DNA from: an uncultured bacterium
GTDB lineage: Bacteria > Pseudomonadota > Gammaproteobacteria > Steroidobacterales > Steroidobacteraceae
NCBI GenBank assembly: GCA_965652645.1
Contig: CBFGXE010000003.1
Location: 48,151 to 112,150, forward strand
Reading direction: 5' to 3'
DNA: 64,000 nucleotides
The position numbers and the translations under genes were made by a program. A model generated the notes under the pieces. The model was given only the letters and a program-made list of their open reading frames with translations, did not search any database and was not told where the DNA came from. This document shows positions 48,488 to 57,812 of this stretch, piece after piece (the first letter of the stretch is position 1; each line of letters starts with the position of its first letter).

Positions 48488-51029
48488 GTCCCATTTCCAG
48501 CGGATGGGACAACAGCGGATGCCAGGGATACACGCGCACCTCCAGCTGGTACTGGCCCATGCCCGGCGGAGCGGCCGACACGATGAAGTCGATGGTGCCG
48601 TCATCGGCGACGTCACCGGCGGGCTCGAAGCGTGCCAGCCAGTGGCCGGGCGGCGTGCCATGCCCGAATGAGCACAGCGGCGCCAGTTCGAAGCCGGCAT
48701 CGGGGAGCAGGCGCCGTGCCTTGAATTCAACGCACAGGTCGGCGGGATCGAGCCCCGCGAGTTGCACGCGCGCCCGCATGGCCAGCGGCGCATCCACACC
48801 GGCGGCGCGGCGCTCCTCGCGCACGTCGAGGATGTGCACGCCCTCCCAGCGCTCGCGCACGCGGCGTTTCCAGCCGGCCAGTTCCACCGCCGGCTGCGCG
48901 CCGTCGGCCAGAAGGCGCTGCCCCGTCTCCGCGGCGGGCCGGTAGAGCTTCCCAGCATAGTCGCGCACCACCCGGCGCATGTTGAAGCGCGGGATCACGC
49001 TGGCCATGGCATGGCGGCAGCGGCGCACCCACTCCGGCGACAGGCCGGCGCTGTTGCGCGCGTAGTACAGCGGCACCACCTCGGCTTCCAGCGCGTCGAG
49101 GATGGACGCGGCATCCAGATCGTCGCGCCGCGCCTCGTCCATCGCATCGGCACCGGGCAGTCCCCAGCCATTGCCGCCGTCGAAGGCCTCCGCCCACCAG
49201 CCATCGAGGATGGACAGGTTCAGCCGGCCGTTGACCGCAGCCTTGATGCCCGAGGTGCCGCTGGCCTCCAGCGGTGCGATGGGATTGTTGAGCCACACGT
49301 CGACGCCGGTGACCAGCCAGCGTGCCAGCTGGATGTCGTAGTCCTCCAGGAAGACCAGTCGGCCGGCGAACTCCGGCTGCAGCATGGCGCGTTTGATCTC
49401 GCGCAGGACCTGCTGGCCGGGATGGTCGGCAGGATGCGCCTTGCCGGCAAAGAGGAACAGCACCGGGCGGTCCTCGTTCGTCACCAGCTTCAGCAGCCGC
49501 TCCCGGTCGCGCAACAGCAGCGCGGCGCGCTTGTAGGTCGCGAAGCGGCGCGCGAAGCCGATGGTCAGCACATTCGGGTTGGCCGGGTCGAGCAGCCGGG
49601 TGACCTGCTGGAGCTGCGCGCTGCTCATGCCCTTGCGCCGGTATTCGCGTTCCAGCCGCGAGCGCACGCCCGCCAGCATCCTCGACTTCACGTCCTGCGC
49701 CGCCGTCCAGAACGGCGCGTCCGGCAATTCATCCACGGCCTGCCAGTAACCGGTGTCGCAGAGCCGGTCGCGCCACTCGGGCAGGCGCTCGTCCAGGAAC
49801 CCCGCCCAGACGGAGGACAGGAAGGTGGGCACGTGCACGCCGTTGGTGACGTAGCCCACGGGATTCTCGGCCGGCGGAATGTCCCGCCAGTGGTCGGCGC
49901 AGAGCCGGGACGACACGCCACCGTGGATGCGGCTCACGCCGTTGATGCGCCGCGCCCCGTTCAGCGCCAGCCGTGTCATGTTGAAGACGCCGCTGCTGCC
50001 CGGCGCGCGGCCGAGGACCAGCAGGCGCTGCACGTCGCCGCCCAGCTGGGGAATGAGCCCTGCGAAATGCTCCACGAAGAGATGGTCCGGGAAGGCGTCA
50101 TGGCCGGCCGCCACCGGCGTGTGCGTGGTGAACACGCACTGCGCGGCCACGGCCTCCAGGGCGGCCTCGAATTCCACGCCCGCGGCGAGCTGCTCGCGCA
50201 GCAGCTCCAGCGCAAGGAAGGCGGCATGGCCCTCGTTCATGTGCCACACGGCCGGGCTCAGTCCGAGCGCACGCAGCGCCCGCAGGCCGCCGATGCCCAG
50301 CACCATTTCCTGCTTGATGCGATGCGCCTCGTCGCCGCCATAGAGGCGGAAGGTGATGTCGCGGTCGGCGCTGCTGTTCCCTTCGACGTTGGTGTCGAGC
50401 AGGAACACGGGCACATGGCCCACCTCGGCGCGCCACACCCGCGCCAGCACCTGCCGGTCCGCGATGGGCACCTGCACCACGAGCCAGTCGCCCGCGCCGT
50501 CGCGCACCGGCTCCAGCGGCAGGTCGCGCGGGTCCACGTCGCTGAAGCCGGCGTGCTGCGTGCCGTCGCTGTCCACCATCTGGGAGAAATAACCCTGGCG
50601 GTATGCCAGTCCCACGGCGACGAAGGACAGCTGCTCGTCGCTGGCCGCCTTGCAGTGGTCACCGGCGAGGATGCCGAGGCCGCCGGAGTAGATCGGGAAA
50701 CTTTCGTGGAAGCCGTACTCGGCGCAGAAATAGGCCACCAGCGAGCGCGTGCCGTCGGTGTGCTGCGCCTGGTAGCGATCGTAGTTGGCCAGCGCCTCTT
50801 GGTAGCGGGCCAGGTAGGCCGGATCGGCCGCGGCGGCATCAAGCGCCGCCTGGCTCACGCAGCGGAGCATCAGCCGCGGGTTGGCATGGGTCTCGCGCCA
50901 CAGGTTCTGGTCCAGGTCCTCGAACAGGGCGCGCGTGGGACGGTGCCAGCTGTAGGACAGGTTGGAAGCCAGCTCGTTGAGTCGCTCGAGGGCTGCCGGG
51001 ATGACGGGGGAAATTTCAACGAGGCGCAT
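48471..51029 (-). CDS. glgP: alpha-glucan (glycogen/maltodextrin) phosphorylase, GT35
   Basis: 852 aa. [14 protein letters not shown]-terminus typical of the alpha-glucan phosphorylase family. [30 protein letters not shown]-lysine block [25 protein letters not shown]. Confidence 0.9.
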   Translation of the reverse strand: MRLVEISPVIPAALERLNELASNLSYSWHRPTRALFEDLDQNLWRETHANPRLMLRCVSQAALDAAAADPAYLARYQEALANYDRYQAQHTDGTRSLVAYFCAEYGFHESFPIYSGGLGILAGDHCKAASDEQLSFVAVGLAYRQGYFSQMVDSDGTQHAGFSDVDPRDLPLEPVRDGAGDWLVVQVPIADRQVLARVWRAEVGHVPVFLLDTNVEGNSSADRDITFRLYGGDEAHRIKQEMVLGIGGLRALRALGLSPAVWHMNEGHAAFLALELLREQLAAGVEFEAALEAVAAQCVFTTHTPVAAGHDAFPDHLFVEHFAGLIPQLGGDVQRLLVLGRAPGSSGVFNMTRLALNGARRINGVSRIHGGVSSRLCADHWRDIPPAENPVGYVTNGVHVPTFLSSVWAGFLDERLPEWRDRLCDTGYWQAVDELPDAPFWTAAQDVKSRMLAGVRSRLEREYRRKGMSSAQLQQVTRLLDPANPNVLTIGFARRFATYKRAALLLRDRERLLKLVTNEDRPVLFLFAGKAHPADHPGQQVLREIKRAMLQPEFAGRLVFLEDYDIQLARWLVTGVDVWLNNPIAPLEASGTSGIKAAVNGRLNLSILDGWWAEAFDGGNGWGLPGADAMDEARRDDLDAASILDALEAEVVPLYYARNSAGLSPEWVRRCRHAMASVIPRFNMRRVVRDYAGKLYRPAAETGQRLLADGAQPAVELAGWKRRVRERWEGVHILDVREERRAAGVDAPLAMRARVQLAGLDPADLCVEFKARRLLPDAGFELAPLCSFGHGTPPGHWLARFEPAGDVADDGTIDFIVSAAPPGMGQYQLEVRVYPWHPLLSHPLEMGLMKTT

Positions 51030-51057
51030 GAGGGTAGTTTAGACATAGACTGTTGCC

Positions 51058-51537
51058 ATGCGTATCAGCGTAGTCCTCGCCTGGCTGTCCCTGCTGGTGG
51101 CCGTGCCCGCCTGCGCGGCACAATCCCGCACCAGCCATGACCCGGCGCAATTGCGCGCCTTCGCGCGCGACACCCTCACCATCGAGCGTCGCGACGGGCG
51201 CGACACCTTCCAGGTGTGGCTGGCGCGCACGCCCACCGAGCAGCAGCAGGGGCTGATGTGGATCCGCGAACTGCCGCGCGACTACGGCATGCTTTTCCTG
51301 CTCGATGCCCCGCGCGACATGGACATGTGGATGAAGAACACCTACGTGTCGCTCGACATGCTGTTCTTCGACACCGACGGACGCATCTCGCACATCCACC
51401 GCAATGCCACGCCGCTGTCGGAGGAAATCATCAGCTCCCGCGGCCCCGTTGCCGGGGTGCTCGAACTGCTGGCCGGCGAAGCAGAGCGCCGCGGCATCCG
51501 TCCCGGCGACCGCATCCTGCTGCCCAGGCTGCGTTGA
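51058..51537 (+). CDS. DUF192 domain-containing secreted protein
   Basis: 159 aa with a signal peptide. QQGLMWIRELPRDYGMLFLLDAPRDMDMWMKNTYVSLDMLFFDTDGRI and VLELLAGEAERRGIRPGD match DUF192 as remembered. Confidence 0.8.
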   Translation: MRISVVLAWLSLLVAVPACAAQSRTSHDPAQLRAFARDTLTIERRDGRDTFQVWLARTPTEQQQGLMWIRELPRDYGMLFLLDAPRDMDMWMKNTYVSLDMLFFDTDGRISHIHRNATPLSEEIISSRGPVAGVLELLAGEAERRGIRPGDRILLPRLR

Positions 51538-51650
51538 CATCAGTTGCCAAGGCAACCCAGGTCACGGTAGGCATCCTGCCGCAGGGCGGGTAGCATGCTG
51601 TCATCCCGCCAGCTGGCGGGAACAACTTCTGGACACTGGGAGTCAAGAAC

Positions 51651-52748
51651 ATGAAGAAGCCTCTGGTGAAAACGGCCATCGCGGCAGTGCTCATGGGGGG
51701 CATGTCTGCCCTCCATGCCGGCGCCGAAGTGGGCCAGTGGACCATCGGTGCTGGCGGCATGTGGACGGAGACCGATTCCGACCGTGGCGTGGGCGATGAC
51801 TTCGGGTTCTATTACTCACTCGGCCTGGTGCTGACCGAGAAGTGGGACGTCGGCATCAATGCCTTCTCGGGCAACCATGATGACCTCGCGCCCGGCGCCA
51901 CCTGGGACCGCGAGATCAAGGGCCTGACCATCGACTTCGCCCGCGTGTTCGATCGCGACCAGCGCGTCAGCCCCTACCTGCTGATGGGCGCCGGCATACT
52001 CGACCAGCATCGTCCCGACACCGGCCCGAACAGCCAGGACAAGGAGGTGGCCGTCAAGCTGGGCGTCGGCGCCACCGCCGACCTGGTGCGCTTCGCCAAC
52101 GACGCCAAGCTGCAGCTGAAGGGCGACGTGGCTGCGCGCGGCTCGATCGGCCGTGGCATCGTCGACACGGTGGCCACGCTGGGCCTGCAGCTGGCGCTGG
52201 GTTCGGTGGCCGCGCCGCCGCCACCGCCGCCTCCGCCGCCACCCCCGCCGCCGGCAGCGCCACCGCCGCCTCCGCCGCCGCCGCCGCCTCCGCCGCCGCC
52301 GCCGCCCCCGCCGCCTCCGCCCGACACGGATCGCGACGGCGTGGTCGACGCCAGCGACCGCTGCCCGGCCACGCCGGCCGGCGATCGGGTCGACGCGGCG
52401 GGCTGCAGCCTGACCATCCGGCTGGAGGTGTTGTTCGCGACCAATTCGGCCACGATCAACCCGTCCTCCTATCCGGAGCTGGACCGGGTGGTGACCTTCC
52501 TGCGCGAGACCTCGCCGTCGGCAACGGGCGTGATCGAAGGCCACACCGACAGCCAGGGTGCCGAGGAGTACAACCTCGACCTCTCGCGGCGGCGCGCAAA
52601 CGCCGTGCTGAAGTACCTGGTGGATGCCGGGGTGCCGGCCTCGCGCCTCTCCGCGGAGGGCCACGGCGAGTCACAGCCGGTGGCCGACAACTCCACGGCG
52701 GAAGGCCGGGCCCAGAACCGCCGCGTGGTACTGCGCCGGACCAACTGA
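51651..52748 (+). CDS. OmpA family outer membrane protein (MopB-like) with polyproline linker and thrombospondin type-3 repeat
   Basis: 365 aa. Signal peptide, N-terminal beta-barrel region, 13-Pro + AA + 21-Pro linker, DTDRDGVVDASDRCP (TSP3 calcium-binding repeat), and an OmpA_C domain (GHTDSQGAEEYNLDLSRRRANAV..NRRVVL). Confidence 0.9.
   Translation: MKKPLVKTAIAAVLMGGMSALHAGAEVGQWTIGAGGMWTETDSDRGVGDDFGFYYSLGLVLTEKWDVGINAFSGNHDDLAPGATWDREIKGLTIDFARVFDRDQRVSPYLLMGAGILDQHRPDTGPNSQDKEVAVKLGVGATADLVRFANDAKLQLKGDVAARGSIGRGIVDTVATLGLQLALGSVAAPPPPPPPPPPPPPAAPPPPPPPPPPPPPPPPPPPPPDTDRDGVVDASDRCPATPAGDRVDAAGCSLTIRLEVLFATNSATINPSSYPELDRVVTFLRETSPSATGVIEGHTDSQGAEEYNLDLSRRRANAVLKYLVDAGVPASRLSAEGHGESQPVADNSTAEGRAQNRRVVLRRTN
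52215..52322 (+). repeat. (CCN)n simple-sequence tract encoding P13-AA-P21
   Basis: Counted codon by codon in the ompA frame: 13 proline codons (52215-52253), GCA GCG, then 21 proline codons (52260-52322), mostly CCG. Confidence 0.95.
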
Positions 52749-52768
52749 CCCTGTTCCGCGTGTGACAC

Positions 52769-52805
52769 AGGCCCGGGACCTCGCGGTCCCGGGCCTTTTT
52801 TTTTT
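52769..52805 (+). terminator. rho-independent terminator of ompA
   Basis: Perfect 12-bp stem AGGCCCGGGACC / GGTCCCGGGCCT (52769-52780 / 52785-52796), loop TCGC, followed by a run of T to 52805. Begins 21 nt after the ompA stop. Confidence 0.9.
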
Positions 52806-53014
52806 CGCACTGCCGCGATCCCGGCGGCACCATGGCCGGCCGGCACAAATCTCCGCCGCGCATCTGCCCGGAATTGCCCGGTTCTGTGCGCAAGTTCCTG
52901 ATCCAAAGTGACTTAAGCGGCAAATTACGTCGTGTTAAGGTCAATCCGCCGGTGGATCCGGAGGCCCCCGCCTCCTGCCTGCCTGGCGGGGACAAGGCAT
53001 CCAGGAGCATTGGA

Positions 53015-56000
53015 ATGATGACTTTCCCCCGAGTTGTGTCCCCTCGCCCGGCCGGCGCCCTGCCATGGGCGGCCATGCTGCTGATGGCGGGCGGGAGTCT
53101 TGCCGCGGCCGCCGAAACGGGCGGACCCTTCGCCGCGGACGAGGCGCTGGAGGAACTCGAGGAAGTCGTCGTCACAGGCTCGCATGTGCGCCGCGATGCC
53201 TTCACCTCTCCCTCCCCGATCCAGGTGCTGGAACGCGAGTCGGCGGTGCTGGCCGGCATCGCCACCACCAGCGACGTGCTGCAGGGCTCCACGATTTCCG
53301 GTGGTGGCCAGCAGATGAACAGCTACTTCGGCAACTACGTGGTCGACGGCGGGCCCGGCGTGAACACGCTGGGCCTGCGCGGACTCGGACCCACACGCAC
53401 GCTGGTGCTGCTCAATGGCCGTCGCCTCGCGCCTTCGGGCATGCGCGGCTCGGTTGGCGCGCCGGACCTGAACGTGCTGCCGTCCTCGGCGCTGATCGAG
53501 CGCATCGAGGTGCTGAAGGATGGCGCATCCTCCACCTACGGATCCGATGCCGTGGCGGGCGTGGTGAACATCATCACGCGCGAGGGCTTCAACGGGCTGA
53601 ATGCCACGGCACACCGCTCCTCCACCTTCGATGGCGGCGGCAACGAGACCGGATTCGCCCTGTCCGGCGGCATGAGCTCCGCGCGTGGCCACCTGCTGGG
53701 CAGCTTCGAGCTCTATGACCGCTCGCACCTGACGATCGGTGATCGCGACTGGTCGCGCTGTCCCACGCAGGTGCTGGTGGACCCGCTCACCGGCGAATAC
53801 GTGCCTGGGGATTCCATCCTCAACGAAAACGGCACGCCGCGGTGTTTCCCCATCTCCACGCTCAGCGGCGTGTTCCCGGGCATCGCGCATGGCTATGTGG
53901 TGGCGCCGATCTGCGAACTGCCGGATTACACGCCCTGCGTGTTCGACCGGGCGGTGCCCGACAACACGGGCGCCGCGGACATCCCGGGCTGGCGCGGCGT
54001 GGACGACGTGGCCGAGCGCCCGGCCTTCGACCCGCGGCAGCTGCAGACTTCGCTGATCTCGCCCACGCGCAACTACACCGCCTTCCTCTCCGGCGCGCTG
54101 GACGCCGGCGTGATGGGCAACGGCGAGCTGTATTTCGAGGCCCTGTACCACTACCGCGAATCCCGGCAGACCATCACCCGCCAGCTGCAGCTGGACTACC
54201 AGTCGGACGCAGACTTCAACCCGCATCCCTTCGTGCCCGCCACGCTGACGGCGCCCGGCGGCGGGCTGGACTGGGGCGGGGTGGCCATCAACCCGTTCGG
54301 CGACTTCGTCATCGCGCGTGCCTTCACCATCTTCGGCAACGACCGCCCGTCGCAGGAATCGAAGTTCGGCCGCCTGGTGACCGGACTGCGCGGTGACCTG
54401 GGCTTTGCCTCCGGCTGGCGCTACGACGTGAACCTGGCGCTGAACCGCTCGCGCGGCCGCTACACCATCGAGTCGGCGCTGCACGACCGCGTGTACAACT
54501 CCACCTACCTCGCCGAGGTGGCGGCGGATTTCGACGGCCCCACCCGCATGGGATTCGACGGCCTGACCTACACCTGCCAGGTGAACGTGGACGTGCCAGG
54601 CAGCGGCTGCGTGCCCGCTCCACTGCTGGACGAGGACTTCCTGGCCAACAACATCCCGCAGGACTACCGCGACTACATCTGGCACGACATCACCGGGCAC
54701 ACCACGTACCGCGAGTCGACGGTGTCGGCCATCTTCGATGGCCCGCTGGCGACGCTGCCCTACGGCCGGCTGCGCGGCGCCATCGGCGCCGAGGCGCGCT
54801 GGATGAAGCTCAACGACGTGCCCTCGGTGCAGATGCAGAACCAGAACATCTACCAGCAGAGCAGCGCCGGCATCACCCGCGGCAAGGACAACGTGGCGGA
54901 GATCTTCGGCGAACTGGACATCCCGCTGCTGGCCGGGCTGCCGGCGGCCGAGTCGCTGGCCCTGAACCTCTCGGCGCGCTACACCGACTATGACTCCTAC
55001 GGCTCGGACACCACGTACAAGGTCGGCGCCGAATACCTGCCCACCAACTGGCTGCGGCTGCGCGCCACGCACGGCACCTCCTACCGCGCCCCGGCCATCT
55101 ACGAGCAGTTCCTCGCGCCGACTTCCGGCTTCCTGCCCTCGCAGGCCGACCCCTGCTACCAGTACGGGGACCTGCCGGATACCTCAACCACCTACATCAA
55201 CTGCGCGTCGGAGGGCCTGGCCCCGGACTTCCTGCAGATGAACAGCGTGCAGGTGAATTCCGGCGGCGGCGCGGCGCTGGGGCTCAGGAGCGAGGAATCC
55301 ACCGCCGACACCGCCGGCATCAGCCTGCAGCCGCGCCTGCCTGCCGGCGGCCCGCAGCTTTCGTTCGCCGTGGACTGGTGGCGCATCAAGGTGGACAACC
55401 AGGTGGTGCAGATCGGCGCCGACAACCTGCTGAACTACTGCTATGCGGACCCGGACTTCCGCTCCGTCAGCGGCTATTGCGACTTCATCACCCGCGACAA
55501 CAATGACGAGCTGGTGGTGGATGACCTCTTCCGCAACATCGCTCGCCAGAAGGCCGAGGGACTGGACTTCAACCTGCGCGTGGAGCAGGCCTTCGGCCCG
55601 GGGCGCTTCGGCGCCGACCTGCGCGCCACGCGTTACCTGCACCAGACCAGCCAGATCGTGCCCGAGGGACCGGTGGATGAACTCAATGGCATCGTGACCA
55701 TGCCCAAGCTCGTGGCCGACCTCGACCTGCGCTACGCCTGGGGCCGGTGGACCGCGTACTACGGCCTGGTGTACCTGGGCCGGCAGGACAGCAACGGCTG
55801 GCTCGGCGTGGACCCGGCGGTGGAACCGTTCGATTTCCGCATGGGCGCCTACCTGATGCACAACGCATCGGTGCGTTACACGGGCAGGGGCGACTGGAGC
55901 GTGGTGGTGGGCATCCGCAACCTCACCGACGTGGCGCCGCGCACCCTCTCGCCCGGCGACACCACCACCCGCGTCGGCAACGCGCCGCTGTACAGCGGCT

Positions 56001-56050
56001 ACGACTACTTCGGCCGCCGCGGCTTCGTGACGCTCAGCAAGAACTTCTAG
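53015..56050 (+). CDS. TonB-dependent outer membrane receptor
   Basis: 1011 aa from MMTFPRVVSPRPAGALPWAAMLLMAGGSLAAAAE (signal peptide), with AGGAG 7 nt upstream of ATG 53015. Plug blocks EEVVVTGSHVRR, TLGLRGLGPTRTLVLLNGRR, IERIEVLKDGASSTYGSDAVAGVVNIIT. C-terminal barrel ends in ...TLSKNF. Confidence 0.9.
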   Translation: MMTFPRVVSPRPAGALPWAAMLLMAGGSLAAAAETGGPFAADEALEELEEVVVTGSHVRRDAFTSPSPIQVLERESAVLAGIATTSDVLQGSTISGGGQQMNSYFGNYVVDGGPGVNTLGLRGLGPTRTLVLLNGRRLAPSGMRGSVGAPDLNVLPSSALIERIEVLKDGASSTYGSDAVAGVVNIITREGFNGLNATAHRSSTFDGGGNETGFALSGGMSSARGHLLGSFELYDRSHLTIGDRDWSRCPTQVLVDPLTGEYVPGDSILNENGTPRCFPISTLSGVFPGIAHGYVVAPICELPDYTPCVFDRAVPDNTGAADIPGWRGVDDVAERPAFDPRQLQTSLISPTRNYTAFLSGALDAGVMGNGELYFEALYHYRESRQTITRQLQLDYQSDADFNPHPFVPATLTAPGGGLDWGGVAINPFGDFVIARAFTIFGNDRPSQESKFGRLVTGLRGDLGFASGWRYDVNLALNRSRGRYTIESALHDRVYNSTYLAEVAADFDGPTRMGFDGLTYTCQVNVDVPGSGCVPAPLLDEDFLANNIPQDYRDYIWHDITGHTTYRESTVSAIFDGPLATLPYGRLRGAIGAEARWMKLNDVPSVQMQNQNIYQQSSAGITRGKDNVAEIFGELDIPLLAGLPAAESLALNLSARYTDYDSYGSDTTYKVGAEYLPTNWLRLRATHGTSYRAPAIYEQFLAPTSGFLPSQADPCYQYGDLPDTSTTYINCASEGLAPDFLQMNSVQVNSGGGAALGLRSEESTADTAGISLQPRLPAGGPQLSFAVDWWRIKVDNQVVQIGADNLLNYCYADPDFRSVSGYCDFITRDNNDELVVDDLFRNIARQKAEGLDFNLRVEQAFGPGRFGADLRATRYLHQTSQIVPEGPVDELNGIVTMPKLVADLDLRYAWGRWTAYYGLVYLGRQDSNGWLGVDPAVEPFDFRMGAYLMHNASVRYTGRGDWSVVVGIRNLTDVAPRTLSPGDTTTRVGNAPLYSGYDYFGRRGFVTLSKNF

Positions 56051-56062
56051 GCCAGGTACCGC

Positions 56063-57079
56063 CTACTGCCCGAGCTGCGCCACGACGAGGTCCACCTCGT
56101 CGGCGCTGCCGAGGACCACGCAGCTGCGCTGGTGGATCTCGCGCGGCTGAAGGTCGAGGATGCGCTGGCCAGGAGCGGCCAGCGCCTTGCCACCGGCCTG
56201 CTCCACCAGGAAGGCCATGGGATTGGCCTCGTACATCAGCCTGAGCTTGCCGGCCGGCGCCTTCTTCGTCGGCGGATACATGAACACGCCGCCCTGGATC
56301 ATGATGCGGTGTACGTCGGCCACCATCGCGCCCACGTAGCGGCTGGAATAGCCGTTCTCCTGCGCCCAGTTCAGGTAACGCTGGTAACCCTCCGGCAGCG
56401 TGAGCCGGTTGCCCTCGTTGAGCGAATAGCACTTGTTGCGCTTCGGGATCTGCAGTCCCTCGGCCACGCGCACGAACGCGCCGATGGAAGGGTCGAGCAC
56501 GAACATGTCCACGCCGCTGCCGATGGTCAGCAGCATCACGGTGGAGGAGCCGTAGAGCACGTAGCCGGCCGCCACCTGGCGCGTGCCCGGCTGCAGCAGC
56601 GAATCCTCGATGCGCGATGAGCGGCGGTCCTTGCGCAGGATGCTGAAGATGGTGCCGACGCCGCCGGCGATGTCGAGGTTCGAGGAACCGTCCAGCGGGT
56701 CGAACATCACGCAGTAGCGGGTTTCCCCGTCATTGCTGTCGCGCAGGATCACCGCCTGCTCGTTTTCCTCCGAGGCCACCACGGCCACGCCCTGCCGGCC
56801 GCCCAGGTTGCGCATCAGGATGTCGTTGGCGATCACGTCGAGCTTCTGCTGCGTCTCCCCCTGCACGTTCTGCTCGCCCGCGCTGCCCAGCACGTCTTCC
56901 AGGCGTGCCCGGCGCACCTGCGCGGAGATCATCTTCGCCGAGATGGAGATCGCGGAGAGGATCCAGGACAGCGCGCCGGTGGCCTCCGGGAAGCGCGCCT
57001 GCTGCTGCAGGATGTGCGACTGGATGGTGACGATGGGGCGGATGCCGGCGCCTGCGGCCGGTGGGTAATTGGCGTCCAT
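56063..57079 (-). CDS. fbp: class 1 fructose-1,6-bisphosphatase
   Basis: 338 aa. GEQNVQGETQQKLDVIANDIL, DPLDGSSNLD, GSSTVMLL and YVGAMVADVHRIMIQGGVFMYP are colinear with E. coli Fbp. Confidence 0.95.
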   Translation of the reverse strand: MDANYPPAAGAGIRPIVTIQSHILQQQARFPEATGALSWILSAISISAKMISAQVRRARLEDVLGSAGEQNVQGETQQKLDVIANDILMRNLGGRQGVAVVASEENEQAVILRDSNDGETRYCVMFDPLDGSSNLDIAGGVGTIFSILRKDRRSSRIEDSLLQPGTRQVAAGYVLYGSSTVMLLTIGSGVDMFVLDPSIGAFVRVAEGLQIPKRNKCYSLNEGNRLTLPEGYQRYLNWAQENGYSSRYVGAMVADVHRIMIQGGVFMYPPTKKAPAGKLRLMYEANPMAFLVEQAGGKALAAPGQRILDLQPREIHQRSCVVLGSADEVDLVVAQLGQ

Positions 57080-57118
57080 CCGCCGATTATCGCCCTGTTC
57101 CGTTTATCCTTGCTGCCC

Positions 57119-57811
57119 ATGTGGCAATTTGGCGAGATGGAGCGCGAAGCGCTTGCCCTGAGCCTGGCCGTGGCCCTGCGCGCAGTTGCCATAAACCTGC
57201 TGCCGGCGGTGGTCATCGCCTGGCTGCTTACCCGACGCCGTTTTCCGGGCCGCATGCTGCTGGATGCCTTCGTGCACCTGCCGCTGGTGCTGCCCCCCGT
57301 GGTGGTGGGCTACCTGCTGCTGCTGCTGCTGGGCACGCGCGGCCCGGTGGGCGGCTGGCTGGACCGGACCTTCGACATCCAGCTCACCTTTTCCACCCTG
57401 GGCGCGGCGGTGGCCACGGCGGTGATGTCCTTCCCGCTGATGGTGCGCGCCATGCGCATCTCGCTGGAGAACGTGGACACGGGACTGGAAGAGGCGGCAC
57501 GCACGCTGGGCGCCTCGCCCTGGCGACGTTTCCGCACCATCACGCTGCCCCTGATGCTGCCCGGCGTGCTGGCCGGCGCGATCACTGCCTTCGCCGCGGG
57601 ACTGGGCGAGTTCGGCGCCGTGATCACCTTCGTGTCGAACATCCCCGGGGAGACGCGCACGCTGCCGCTGGCCCTGTACACGGCGCTGCAGTCACCCGAC
57701 GGGGATGCCACGGCGGCGCGCCTGGCGGCGCTGTCGCTGGCGCTGGGACTGGCCGGCCTGCTGGCTTCCGAATGGCTGGCGCGGCACCTGCGCCGCTGGC
57801 TGGGCAAGTGA
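57119..57811 (+). CDS. modB: molybdate ABC transporter permease
   Basis: 230 aa from MWQFGEMEREAL. LDAFVHLPLVLPPVVVGYLLL, MSFPLMVRAMRISLENVD, EEAARTLGASPWRRFRTITLPL and GEFGAVITFVSNIPGETRTLPLALY are near-colinear with E. coli ModB. Confidence 0.9.
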   Translation: MWQFGEMEREALALSLAVALRAVAINLLPAVVIAWLLTRRRFPGRMLLDAFVHLPLVLPPVVVGYLLLLLLGTRGPVGGWLDRTFDIQLTFSTLGAAVATAVMSFPLMVRAMRISLENVDTGLEEAARTLGASPWRRFRTITLPLMLPGVLAGAITAFAAGLGEFGAVITFVSNIPGETRTLPLALYTALQSPDGDATAARLAALSLALGLAGLLASEWLARHLRRWLGK

Positions 57812-57812
57812 C

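Noticed and set aside
51534-51562. Sigma-70 promoter using the perfect TTGACA at 51534-51539, overlapping the DUF192 stop.
   Set aside because: The hexamer 17 nt downstream is CCAGGT, with no -10 resemblance. The TTGACA is probably fortuitous.
52201-52330. Possible CRISPR or other non-coding tandem array suggested by the repetitive CCG tract.
   Set aside because: The tract is a 3-nt periodic, in-frame polyproline linker inside ompA. It has no spacer/repeat structure, and the flanking sequence is continuous coding sequence.
52806-53014. Cobalamin/TPP riboswitch or Fur box upstream of the TonB-dependent receptor, and a Moco riboswitch upstream of modB (57080-57118).
   Set aside because: No B12-box-like or Fur-box-like sequence is visible in the receptor leader. 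The modB upstream spacer is only 39 nt, too short for a riboswitch.
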